From contig CAYRNC010000003.1 in the NCBI GenBank assembly GCA_964425645.1, positions 1-50,125 on the forward strand: 50,125 nucleotides of DNA, in the 5' to 3' direction. The stretch is from an uncultured Oscillospiraceae bacterium. GTDB taxonomy: Bacteria; Bacillota; Clostridia; Peptostreptococcales; Anaerovoracaceae. Below are positions 9,035-17,905 of this stretch, piece after piece (the first letter of the stretch is position 1; each line of letters begins with the position of its first letter). The notes beneath the pieces are model-generated. The model did no database searches. It was not told the origin of the DNA and saw nothing but the letters and a program-made list of their open reading frames with translations. Position numbers and translations under genes: made by a program.

Positions 9035-10728
9035 TTATTTGAGGTAATTCAAAGGATTTTTAGCCACTCCGTTAATGCGCACCTCAAAATGTAGATGCGG
9101 GCCGGTGCTTCTTCCGGTGTTGCCTACATTTGCAATATGCTGTCCCTGGTAAACCTTATCTCCCTTTGATACCAGTATTTTGCTGCAATGACCGTAAACC
9201 GTAACCCGATTGCCGCCGTGATCAATGCGAACACAATACCCCAAAGCGCCATCCCAACCGGCAAATATGACCTTTCCTCCGTCCGATGCGCAGATCTTAC
9301 TGCCAACAGGAGCGGCAAGATCGATACCTGAATGCATGCGACCCCATCTGATACCGAACCGGGAGGTTAAAGTCCCTCTTGTAGGATAAACATACGTCCC
9401 GCTGCCGATAAGAGGCGGCGGATTCTTAGTCCCTTTTAAAACAACCTGATTCATGGGTTCTTTGATAAGCTCGGAAGTAATCTCTTTCCGATGCACTTCG
9501 ATACCGTTTTCCCGTACGATCTCTGCAACCACCTTTTGTTCCCCCGGTATACCGGATATCTTTACAGTCTTTTCCCCCTTATATAAGGCTGCAGTTTCTT
9601 CGTAATCTATCTCATAATCTATCTTGGCGATGTACGTCGCTGTCTCCCTTGTTTGCACGGTCAGTATCGGACAGATTCTGGTCAACGTTATCTCTTGGCC
9701 TATTTGTAATCTGTCCGGCTTGATGTTCGGATTAGAAGCTTCGAGATCAGCGGGTTTCAGCCCGTAATCTTTAGCTATTTGATTAAAAGTATCTCCTTCC
9801 TGAACGATATGAATCATTTTTTCCTTTGCCCCGGTCATCATATAATCTAAAACATTATCCTCAGATTGAATGTCTTTAATTTTTACCTCTACTTTTTCAA
9901 CGGCAACCGGCTCAACAAATCTTACAGAATCATACTTAATGTCGGCATCTTTTTTTGTATAGCGATCCTTAATGGCCGACAAAATGTTTTCAGCTTTTTT
10001 TTGTTGTCGAGGATGGCTACAGGTTTTCCTCCCACCGCAATGGCATAGGCTTTTGCATCAACCTCGCTTAAATAAGTAAACGTATCAAGAATTTCATCAT
10101 CACTGTCGATGGAAAAATTCAACCCGTACACTCTTTTAAAACTGATGTTTTCATCCTTATCAATCTTAATTTCAGCCCCATGTTCTCTTGTGAGCTTGTC
10201 ACCGATCAGATCCACGGTCGAATATACAGATTTTTGATTCTTAACAACGCCCAGAACTTTTCCGTTATACATGTATTCATAAGCGCTTATGCTGCCAATG
10301 AACAGTGAAACTGCAATACAGACGCTTGTCCCTGCTGCAAAACCCGCAAGCAAACGTTTCTTATGTTCCCAAGCCCACACCCGAAGGGTGTGCCATTTTA
10401 CAATAAAATAAATTACAGAGGATAGTAACCTCTCCCCTGTTTTATCGAGCATCCTATCGATATAAGCATCCGTCTTTTCCACATACAAAGCTGCAAAATC
10501 AGCAATTCCATGCTCTTTTGCCGACAGCTTCACCGCAATTAAATTAAATCTTCTTTCCCATGCAGAAAGTATCAGGCTGATAAAGCACTGCAGTTTTTTT
10601 AGATTTCGATCTATAAATTCATCCAACACCAAAGAGGAGCTACAAACATATTCCGTATCTTTAGTGCAATTTATATTATTATATTCTTTATCAAAGGGGT
10701 CTTTCTCCAGATCCTGCCTTTCAGCCAT
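9035..10728 (-). pseudogene. Membrane-anchored LysM + G5-like + M23 peptidoglycan DD-metalloendopeptidase, interrupted by a 1-nt frameshift in a homopolymer
   Basis: Two tracked ORFs (9922-10728 and 9035-9982) read as one protein across the run of 8 T at 9995-10002 (A8 on the coding strand): ...KPVAILDNKKK|AENILSAIKDRYT... The downstream part has only a TTG start and no RBS. It contains LysM (IHIVQEGDTFNQIAKDYG) and the M23 motifs HSGIDLAAP and HLHFEV. Confidence 0.8.
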
Positions 10729-10783
10729 ATGTTCCTCCCGACCGTTTAGGCGATTTGGTTTCCTCCATATGTACTATTTAGCT

Positions 10784-10812
10784 ATTATAACCCTAGAAGC
10801 GATTATTTTCAA
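10784..10812 (-). promoter_or_regulatory. Sigma-A promoter of the M23 peptidase (and probably walRK) transcription unit (TTGAAA-N17-TATAAT)
   Basis: On the minus strand, the -35 element TTGAAA (10807-10812) and the perfect -10 element TATAAT (10784-10789) have a 17-nt spacer, 55 nt upstream of the ATG at 10728. Confidence 0.6.
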
Positions 10813-10843
10813 ATCCTTTTTTGTCCCTACCCTGGAGTTGGGT

Positions 10844-10871
10844 AACACAGGATATAAACAGTAATATTGCA
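10844..10871 (-). promoter_or_regulatory. WalR-box-like triple direct repeat (TGCAAT-N5-TGTTTA-N5-TGTGTT)
   Basis: Read on the minus strand, three hexamers occur at 11-bp periodicity. The middle one fits TGTWAH exactly and each flanking one has one mismatch. They lie 32-59 nt upstream of the -35 element. Confidence 0.3.
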
Positions 10872-10872
10872 G

Positions 10873-12153
10873 TCAGTGACCCGAAGATAAATTATCAAAA
10901 CCCAATTCATTCAATTTAATCGTGAAGCAGGAACAGCGTTCACCGCTGTCCAAAAGGCCGGTATCCTTGCATTTGGAACAGTTATACCATATCTCCATAT
11001 AGTTGATCTTAAAATTGTTATCCGTCAGAAGATAGGCCTTTTCCTGGTTTAAACGATCCGTTTTATCTTTGAGCCCCCTGATTTTATTCCTAGCCGCAGG
11101 GCTGCCGGACAACATGCACTTGGCGATTTCCATACCGGCATCCCTCAGCTCTTCTTCTATTTCCTTTATTCTTGGGACTTTATTATAAACCTCTTCCCTA
11201 CGGGCTTTAGATTCCGCCGATTTCTTTTCTTTTTCCTTCTCATATATGCCCATGACCAGACTTATGGGATTGCTATCTTTCGGTGGAGAATCCTGCTTTG
11301 CTTTATTGTCTTCCTTGCTCCACGCGGTAAGAACACTGTTTATGTAATTGATGTTCGGATTGCTGATTCCGCTCGTTTTCTTACATGCTTCAAGCACTTG
11401 ATTGATATCGTGTTTCATATCATCAAACCAGGTATCCATAATCCGCTTTTCTTCTTCCGTAGCATTTCTTGAAAAGCCCAAAGCTTTCAGAATCCGCTTA
11501 TAAAGGTTGTGGCGTTTATCATTTTCCAAAAGATATGCTTCTACCCGGTTTAGTGTATTAAGATCCTTTGAAGCCCATTCCTTAACGACTGCATTCACAT
11601 AATTAAAGCGGTCGTTTTTCCTGTATCTGACACAGTATTCATAGGCAAAAACAGCCAGATCAAGTGAGATTCCGTAATCGTTAACCCAAGATAAAATAGC
11701 GGTGGGTTCCCTCCCTCCAAGCAGCCTGCCCGTGACTTGTTCTATCTTATCATAGGCGTTTTTCAGTTCTTTATCATTCATAATACCTGCTAGTTCAGGT
11801 GGAATTTCATTTTTTTTACCACTGTTCCCGGGATGTCCGTAGATTTGCTCTTTTAAATTGATAAACTCCACGTGGAAACGGAATCGGTCATCAGGATCTT
11901 TATGATGCTTTCTTATAACGCCCTTGCCTTCCCAGTAACTCCATGCGGACAATACATCTTCTAAGGAAAGCGTTAAATGTCTGGCTATAGTCCCGTTATC
12001 CATAACCATGCCAGCTTCCGCATACATTAATGCCAGCAAATAAACCTTGACATGATTACCCGGTGCATTTGTTAAATATTCGTTTATAAATACATTTTCT
12101 ACAGCTGTATCATAAAGATAACAATTCTTTATTGTTTCTTTTTTAAAGTTCAT
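10873..12153 (-). CDS. DnaD/DnaB(Bsu)-like replication initiation protein with two DnaD C-terminal-type domains, fused to a helicase-loader N-terminal zinc-ribbon domain (no AAA+ module)
   Basis: N-terminal winged-helix-like segment (NHVKVYLLALMYA). Two DnaB_2/DDBH2-like repeats (NYVNAVVKEWASKDL and NYINSVLTAWSKED). The C-terminus VPRIKEIEEEL ... YNCSKCKDTGLLDSGERCSCF resembles the N-terminal domain of clostridial DnaC/DnaI-type loaders. Confidence 0.7.
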   Translation of the reverse strand: MNFKKETIKNCYLYDTAVENVFINEYLTNAPGNHVKVYLLALMYAEAGMVMDNGTIARHLTLSLEDVLSAWSYWEGKGVIRKHHKDPDDRFRFHVEFINLKEQIYGHPGNSGKKNEIPPELAGIMNDKELKNAYDKIEQVTGRLLGGREPTAILSWVNDYGISLDLAVFAYEYCVRYRKNDRFNYVNAVVKEWASKDLNTLNRVEAYLLENDKRHNLYKRILKALGFSRNATEEEKRIMDTWFDDMKHDINQVLEACKKTSGISNPNINYINSVLTAWSKEDNKAKQDSPPKDSNPISLVMGIYEKEKEKKSAESKARREEVYNKVPRIKEIEEELRDAGMEIAKCMLSGSPAARNKIRGLKDKTDRLNQEKAYLLTDNNFKINYMEIWYNCSKCKDTGLLDSGERCSCFTIKLNELGFDNLSSGH

Positions 12154-12161
12154 AATGCGAC

Positions 12162-12356
12162 CTACTTTATCAAAGCCTCCAGATCCCTCACAATGCTTGC
12201 AAAATCAGCCCCATGCCCCTTTATTGCCTCTTCCAAAGTTGCACTGTCTGCGCCGGAACAATCATTACAATTGAGCCCGTGAGAAAGTAAGATCTCGCCG
12301 GCGCGATCATCCAGGTTCAAAACATCCTTGATGTACATATCCTTTGTGATCTTCAT
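12162..12356 (-). CDS. DUF1858 domain small protein (hybrid-cluster-protein-associated redox disulfide domain) with a CxxC motif
   Basis: 64 aa opening MKITKDMYIKDVL, with HGLNCNDCSG. Wedged between dnaB and the DnaD-like gene with 15-nt and 8-nt gaps. Confidence 0.6.
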   Translation of the reverse strand: MKITKDMYIKDVLNLDDRAGEILLSHGLNCNDCSGADSATLEEAIKGHGADFASIVRDLEALIK

Positions 12357-12371
12357 GACATGTCCCTCCTA

Positions 12372-13709
12372 TCATAACTTCTCCATAATCCGGCTGGTAT
12401 CCACAAACCTGGTATATTTACCAAGCCATGTAAGTTCAATCACACCTGTTGGTCCGCTTCTTTGCTTAGCTATGTTAACCTCACAGATATTGGGCTTATC
12501 CGTGTCCTGATAATAGTATTCATCCCGATAAAGAAACATGACTATGTCGGCATCCTGCTCAATAGCGCCTGATTCACGAAGATCGGAAAGAACCGGCCTT
12601 CGGTCTGTCCTTTGCTCCGGGGCCCTTGATAGCTGGGATAAGACTACTACAGGACAATCCATCTCTCTTGCCAACTGCTTCAGAAATCTAGAAATGGCGG
12701 TGATCTCCTGTTGTCTGCTTTCCGCTCTGCCCTCATAAGACATCAGCTGTAGGTAGTCAACGAGAATCATGTCCAGTCCCTTTTCCGCCTTCAGCCTTCG
12801 GCATTTATTTTTAATCTCAAGGACTGTAATCCCCGGGGTGTCATCTATGTATATTTCTGCGCCTGAAAGTCTGTCTATGGCTTTATAAACCTGATCCCAG
12901 TCCCCCTGATCAAGCCTTCCCGTTTTTATCTTTTGCATGTCCACTCGGGACTCCATGGAAAGAAGCCTTTGCCCCAGTTGTTCCCTGGACATTTCAAGAC
13001 TGAAAACCAATACCTTTGTCTTTGCCTTAAGTGCCGATTGCTGAGCTATGTTTAGTGCAAAAGCCGTCTTTCCCATGCTGGGTCTTGCAGCAACTATGAT
13101 CAGATCAGAACGCTGTAGCCCCGATGTCTTTGCATCGAGATCTAAGAACCCCGTAGGAACACCGGTCAACCCCCCTGGAAGCTTAGATACCTCATCAATC
13201 CTTTTAAGATTGCAAAAAAGCACATCCTTAATCGGCTCATAGTCTTTTTTTTGTCTTTCACGAGCAATTCTGAATATAGATTGCTCGGCAAAGTCCAAAA
13301 CAGCTTCAGGCTCCGTTTTTTCCTGATATGCCTTTTCCATGACTAAAGAAGAAGCATTAATCAACCTCCGCAATACCGCTTTTTCGCTTACGATTTTAGC
13401 GTATTGAGCTGCATTGGCTGTTGCGGGAACAATGGTCGAAAGAAGTGCAACATAGGATCTTCCCCCTACCATTTCAAGCGTATTTCTTCTCTTCAGCTCT
13501 TCAGATACAGTGAGAATATCCGCCGGCTCGCTTCTTTGATAAAGATCTACCGCCGCCTGGAAGATTTCTTTATGCATCTCACTGTAGAAATCATCGGCCT
13601 TTAGAAACTCGACAATCTCATAAAGAGCGTCCTTATCAAGAATGATGGAACCTAATACTGATTTTTCCGCCTCATCGCTATGCGGGGGGATACGTTCTGT
13701 TTGACTCAT
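12372..13709 (-). CDS. dnaB: Replicative DNA helicase
   Basis: 445 aa. N-terminal PPHSDEAEKSVLGSI, Walker A ARPSMGKTAFAL, Walker B ILVDYLQLM and the IAKQRSGPTG motif. rplI-dnaB synteny. Confidence 0.97.
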   Translation of the reverse strand: MSQTERIPPHSDEAEKSVLGSIILDKDALYEIVEFLKADDFYSEMHKEIFQAAVDLYQRSEPADILTVSEELKRRNTLEMVGGRSYVALLSTIVPATANAAQYAKIVSEKAVLRRLINASSLVMEKAYQEKTEPEAVLDFAEQSIFRIARERQKKDYEPIKDVLFCNLKRIDEVSKLPGGLTGVPTGFLDLDAKTSGLQRSDLIIVAARPSMGKTAFALNIAQQSALKAKTKVLVFSLEMSREQLGQRLLSMESRVDMQKIKTGRLDQGDWDQVYKAIDRLSGAEIYIDDTPGITVLEIKNKCRRLKAEKGLDMILVDYLQLMSYEGRAESRQQEITAISRFLKQLAREMDCPVVVLSQLSRAPEQRTDRRPVLSDLRESGAIEQDADIVMFLYRDEYYYQDTDKPNICEVNIAKQRSGPTGVIELTWLGKYTRFVDTSRIMEKL

Positions 13710-14149
13710 ATCTCTACGTTCACCGTAAGGAAGGTTGATATATCCTGGTACAGCTTTATCTGCACTTTATGTTCTCCTGTCTGCTTGATGGGATTTTCCA
13801 AAACGATCTTCTTTTTGTCAATTTGGATTTCGTGCTGATTTATGAGAGCATCGCTGATATCTTTTGCGGTAACGGATCCAAAAAGTTTACCCCCTTCTCC
13901 GCCTTTTGTTTTTACTGTAACAGACAGCTTTGAAATACGCTCTTCCAATCCTCTCGCCGACTCCCGGTCCACAGCTTCTTTTGCTTCGTTTTCGGCCTTA
14001 ATTTTTTCAAGTTGCTTAAGATTGTCGGGAGTTGCCGGCTTAGCCTTCTCCTTAGGTATAAGAAAATTTCTTGCATAACCGTCGTTAACCCGAACCACAT
14101 CTCCTGCCCTTCCCAATCCTTTCATATCCTTTAACAATATTACTTCCAT
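13706..14149 (-). CDS. rplI: 50S ribosomal protein L9
   Basis: MEVILLKDMKGLGRAGDVVRVNDGYARNFLIP is the canonical L9 N-terminus. Confidence 0.97.
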   Translation of the reverse strand: MEVILLKDMKGLGRAGDVVRVNDGYARNFLIPKEKAKPATPDNLKQLEKIKAENEAKEAVDRESARGLEERISKLSVTVKTKGGEGGKLFGSVTAKDISDALINQHEIQIDKKKIVLENPIKQTGEHKVQIKLYQDISTFLTVNVEI

Positions 14150-14171
14150 TATAGAACCCCCTTAATTACCT

Positions 14172-16139
14172 TTATTCTAATTCCCTTATAAGCTCTTTAA
14201 GTTCCTCAACCGCATGTTCCGGAGATTTATCAAGCTGTGCACCCGCAGTAGCCAGATGGCCTCCCCCTCCCAGTTTTTCCATTATGGTCTGCACATTTAT
14301 CTCACCTAATGACCTGGCGCTGATGATGGTCAGTCCCTTTTCATTTGTACCGACCACAAAACTGGCTTTAATGTCTTGGATGTTCAAAAGCTCATCTGCC
14401 GACTGGGATGTGATAATGTGAACATTATGATGTTGTCCCTCGCAAACCGAAAAAGCGAAGCCCCCCGGGAGGATTTCCGCATCGGCTATAATTTTAGCCT
14501 TCAGCTTAAAGGAATCCATATCTGTCTGAAAATGCTGTCTGACGCTCGCAGTGTCCGCCCCGTTGCGTCTCAACCATGAAGCTGCTTCAAAAGTTCTGAC
14601 ACCGGTTTTAATTGAAAAGCTTTTTGTATCTACGGTTATGCCCGCCAGAAGGGCCTCTGCCTCAAATTTTTCTATCGATTTTTTACCATCGCCTATATAC
14701 TGAAGTATCTCCGTAATAAGCTCTGCCGTTGATGAAGCATATGCTTCCATGTACGTCAAGGTGGCGTTTTCAATGCTGTCTTCAGATTTTCTGTGGTGAT
14801 CGATCACGACGATTTTATCGGTCTGCCCAAGCAGTTCAGGACATTCAAGCAAAGTAGGCCTGTGGGTATCTACTATTACAAGCAGCGTGTCTTTATCCAC
14901 ATAGTTTTTTGCTTCCTCATTGGACAGAAAACGATAATGGCCTAATTCCACCGCTTTTTCATAGATTTTTTTAAGGGAACTGCCATAGCTGTTGAAAACT
15001 ATAGCGCCTTCCTTACCCCTGTTTTTTACTATGCGACTTATACCTATGGAGGATCCGAAGGAATCCATATCAGGTGTCCGATGTCCCATTATGGCGACCT
15101 TTGAAGACTGATCTATCATCTGCCTTAAAGCATGGGCCATAATGCGGGATTTCCCCTTATTTCTTTTTTCAACCGTCTGAAGCTTTCCGCCGTAATACTC
15201 CACCTTGCTTTTACGCTTTACTACTGCCTGATCTCCACCCCTGCCTAAGGCGAGATCCAGGGCCGCCCCTGCAAATTCCTCCAACTCCGTAAGGTTTTTG
15301 CCACCTATTCCGATGCCTATGGAAAGAGACGGCGGAAAGTCTCCTTCGGTATCAATAGCCCTGACCTCGTCCAAAATTGAAAATTTCCCCGCTTCCAATT
15401 TATCTAAATATTTGTGTTCAAAAGCTATAAAATATCTTCCACTTTTATATCTTATCATCGTTGCAGACATCCTTGCAGCCCATTGGCGTATGCTCGCCTC
15501 TATATGGGAGGTGAGAATTGATTTCTTTTCATCCGGCGTACCTGCGAGCAGTTCATCGTAGTTGTCCACATCGACATATGCGTAGCACAACTTCTCATCG
15601 TTATACATCGTCTTTAGATTTTCATAATTGGTTATATCCATCCAATAAAGCATTATGCCGGAGCTGTCCGTTATCTCCCCCGAAAACGAAGGAAGGATCC
15701 GGTAAACCCCCTCACCTCTGTGAACCCGAAGGTGTCTTTCCCCTGCGGCTTGAATCAGATCAGAATATTTAAATCCGGTCAGGTCCGCAATATCGGAATT
15801 GAGCATCTCCACCTCTTCGTAGATCTCTTGAAACCGATCGTTAAACCACAGTACCGTCCCTTTACTGTCAACCATGCAAATAGGCAGAGGATTGTGGTAG
15901 GTAAAGCGGCAAATGGCCTCTTCCATATCCTCCATCAGATTCTTGGCATAGCTTTCCCATATGCCGGCTTTCTTTTTATAAAGCCACTTAAAATACAGGT
16001 AAAGACCGATTAATGCAATAAAAGCCGCAATTCCGGCATAGCTGTTAAAGTACAAGATACCGGAAGCAAAAGCGATTAGCATGATGCTACCGACAATAAA
16101 ATATGGGGAAAGGATGCTTTTCATTATTTGATTTCCCAT
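14172..16139 (-). CDS. gdpP: Cyclic-di-AMP phosphodiesterase GdpP (two TM helices, PAS-like, degenerate GGDEF, DHH/DHHA1)
   Basis: 655 aa with DHH motifs (GHRTPDMDSFGS, VVIDHHR) and the DHHA1 motif GGGGH. Conserved gdpP-rplI-dnaB order. Confidence 0.88.
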   Translation of the reverse strand: MGNQIMKSILSPYFIVGSIMLIAFASGILYFNSYAGIAAFIALIGLYLYFKWLYKKKAGIWESYAKNLMEDMEEAICRFTYHNPLPICMVDSKGTVLWFNDRFQEIYEEVEMLNSDIADLTGFKYSDLIQAAGERHLRVHRGEGVYRILPSFSGEITDSSGIMLYWMDITNYENLKTMYNDEKLCYAYVDVDNYDELLAGTPDEKKSILTSHIEASIRQWAARMSATMIRYKSGRYFIAFEHKYLDKLEAGKFSILDEVRAIDTEGDFPPSLSIGIGIGGKNLTELEEFAGAALDLALGRGGDQAVVKRKSKVEYYGGKLQTVEKRNKGKSRIMAHALRQMIDQSSKVAIMGHRTPDMDSFGSSIGISRIVKNRGKEGAIVFNSYGSSLKKIYEKAVELGHYRFLSNEEAKNYVDKDTLLVIVDTHRPTLLECPELLGQTDKIVVIDHHRKSEDSIENATLTYMEAYASSTAELITEILQYIGDGKKSIEKFEAEALLAGITVDTKSFSIKTGVRTFEAASWLRRNGADTASVRQHFQTDMDSFKLKAKIIADAEILPGGFAFSVCEGQHHNVHIITSQSADELLNIQDIKASFVVGTNEKGLTIISARSLGEINVQTIMEKLGGGGHLATAGAQLDKSPEHAVEELKELIRELE

Positions 16140-16317
16140 AATGAACTCTTTCAGCGGAGACCGCCTGATTCCTCTTTTCTGTTATATATATTTACGATTG
16201 AATGTTAATTATATCAGATATAAGGCGTACTGAACAGATTGTTTGGATAAGGAAAATTTGTTTTATCACGATTTTAAGTGTATCATTTAATAGGATACTG
16301 ATCAGGGAGGTATAATT

Positions 16318-16761
16318 ATGCGTTACGCACATACTAACATCGTTGCAAAAGATTGCGAAAAACTCATTGACTTTTATAAAAAGGTCTTTAACTGCAAAAG
16401 CATCGGGCAAAAACGCGATTTGCGCGGTGAATGGCTGGATAAGCTCACCGGCATAAGAAATGCCCGCATTGTAGGGGAGCACCTTCGTTTACCCGGCTAC
16501 GGCGAAGACTATCCCACACTTGAAATTTTCTCCTATGAAGAAATGAATATCGGTCAACCCGATTCAATCAATTCCTGCGGCATTGCCCATATAGCATTTG
16601 AAGTAAATGATGTGGCGGAAACCTTGAAAAAAGTGCTCGATAACGGGGGTGCTGTTGTAGGCGAAACAGTCCGTACGAATTTCGAAGACGGACGCAAAGC
16701 AACATTTGTATACGCAACGGATATTGAAGGCAACATATTGGAGCTGCAAAGCTGGAAGTAG
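16318..16761 (+). CDS. VOC (glyoxalase/bleomycin-resistance/dioxygenase) family protein
   Basis: 147 aa opening with H-containing MRYAHTNIV and carrying GIAHIAFEV, ending with E in LELQ. RBS GGGAGG upstream. Confidence 0.7.
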   Translation: MRYAHTNIVAKDCEKLIDFYKKVFNCKSIGQKRDLRGEWLDKLTGIRNARIVGEHLRLPGYGEDYPTLEIFSYEEMNIGQPDSINSCGIAHIAFEVNDVAETLKKVLDNGGAVVGETVRTNFEDGRKATFVYATDIEGNILELQSWK

Positions 16762-16763
16762 TG

Positions 16764-16788
16764 TAAAAGCCCCTGCACTTGCAGAGGC
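16764..16788 (-). terminator. Putative terminator after rpsR
   Basis: On the minus strand, GCCTCTGCAAGTGCAGGGGC forms an imperfect hairpin (16769-16788) followed by TTTTAC. It sits between the convergent rpsR and VOC genes. Confidence 0.45.
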
Positions 16789-16799
16789 TACAATTAATT

Positions 16800-17030
16800 C
16801 TAATCAGATGTATATGGCAACAGTGCAACCATTCTGGCTCTTTTTATTGCCCTGGTTACCTCTCTTTGGTGAACGGCACAGCTTCCCGTAATTCTTTTGG
16901 GAAGGATTTTACCTCTGTCTGTCACATATTTTTTAAGCTTTTCTACATCCTTATAATCAATGGTTTCAGTTTTATCCGCACAAAACTGGCATACCTTTCT
17001 TCTTCTCATGCCGCGTTTTTTTTCAATCAT
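16800..17030 (-). CDS. rpsR: 30S ribosomal protein S18
   Basis: [38 protein letters not shown] is canonical S18. Confidence 0.97.
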   Translation of the reverse strand: MIEKKRGMRRRKVCQFCADKTETIDYKDVEKLKKYVTDRGKILPKRITGSCAVHQREVTRAIKRARMVALLPYTSD

Positions 17031-17048
17031 ATTTCTGATTCTCCTTTC

Positions 17049-17456
17049 CTAGAATGGAATATCATCATCATCCAAGGTTTGGAACCCGTCTGGAACATTG
17101 GGAGACTGGGAACTTCCCTCTTGAGATTCCGATGCTGATCCTTTATCGCTTCGATCCAGGAATTCCACTCTTTCGGCAACAATTTCCGTAGTATAGCGGG
17201 TTTCGCCGCTTTGTGTTTTATAGCTGCCTGTCTGTATCCTGCCCTGAATACCCACAAGCCTCCCTTTTTTTAAATACCGATCGCAGAGTTCCGCAGTCTT
17301 TCCGAAGGCGACGATCCTAAAAAAATCAGCAGTTTTTTCTCTTGCCATGATGCGATCCACAGCAAGGTTGAAATTCGCCACAGCCGTCTCGCTTTGCGGA
17401 ATATATCTTAGTTCTGGATCCTTCGTCAGCCTGCCGATTAATATTACGCTGTTCAT
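17049..17456 (-). CDS. ssb: Single-stranded DNA-binding protein
   Basis: MNSVILIGRLTKDPELRY OB-fold N-terminus and an acidic C-terminal tail ending DDDIPF. Confidence 0.97.
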   Translation of the reverse strand: MNSVILIGRLTKDPELRYIPQSETAVANFNLAVDRIMAREKTADFFRIVAFGKTAELCDRYLKKGRLVGIQGRIQTGSYKTQSGETRYTTEIVAERVEFLDRSDKGSASESQEGSSQSPNVPDGFQTLDDDDIPF

Positions 17457-17488
17457 AATTAACTCCTTGCCACTAACCGGATAATGAC

Positions 17489-17776
17489 CTATTTTTCATT
17501 TTTATTAATAATGATATGCCTTATGATGCTGTCAAAGATCTTAAGTCTTCTGTCAAGCTCCTTTGGCAATTCCGGGCCGGATTTAAACTGGATAACCACA
17601 TAATATCCTTCATTCTTTTTACGAATCGGATATGCCAGCTTTCTCATCCCCCAGATGTCTGCGCTTACAATTTCACCGTTTGCGGTTATGATTTCTTTGA
17701 CCATCTGAATTGCAGCCTCTTTTTTATCATCTTCCAAAGCTGCCTCAATGATGAACATAACTTCATAGTTGTTCAT
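17489..17776 (-). CDS. rpsF: 30S ribosomal protein S6
   Basis: MNNYEVMFII ... WGMRKLAYPI is canonical S6. rpsF-ssb-rpsR operon order. Confidence 0.97.
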   Translation of the reverse strand: MNNYEVMFIIEAALEDDKKEAAIQMVKEIITANGEIVSADIWGMRKLAYPIRKKNEGYYVVIQFKSGPELPKELDRRLKIFDSIIRHIIINKNEK

Positions 17777-17868
17777 TTTTTCACCTCCCTGTGGACTAAA
17801 ATGGCCTTGTCACCTAAAACAAGGCAAGGAGCATCGCTGCAATTAACAGCAGCATTCAATGCTTTTTC

Positions 17869-17896
17869 AGTATACCATAATGTTATACCTTTACAA
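17869..17896 (-). promoter_or_regulatory. Putative promoter of the rpsF-ssb-rpsR operon (TTGTAA-N16-TGgTATACT)
   Basis: On the minus strand, the -35 element TTGTAA (17891-17896) is paired with an extended -10 element TGG-TATACT (-10 at 17869-17874). It is followed by a ~90-nt structured leader. Confidence 0.5.
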
Positions 17897-17905
17897 GTAA
17901 ATCTT

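Noticed and set aside
10842-10860. An alternative WalR-site reading TGTTTA-N7-TGTTAC upstream of the M23 peptidase.
   Set aside because: The 7-nt spacer violates the N5 (11-bp periodicity) rule. The phased N5 reading, which has two single mismatches, is reported instead at low confidence.
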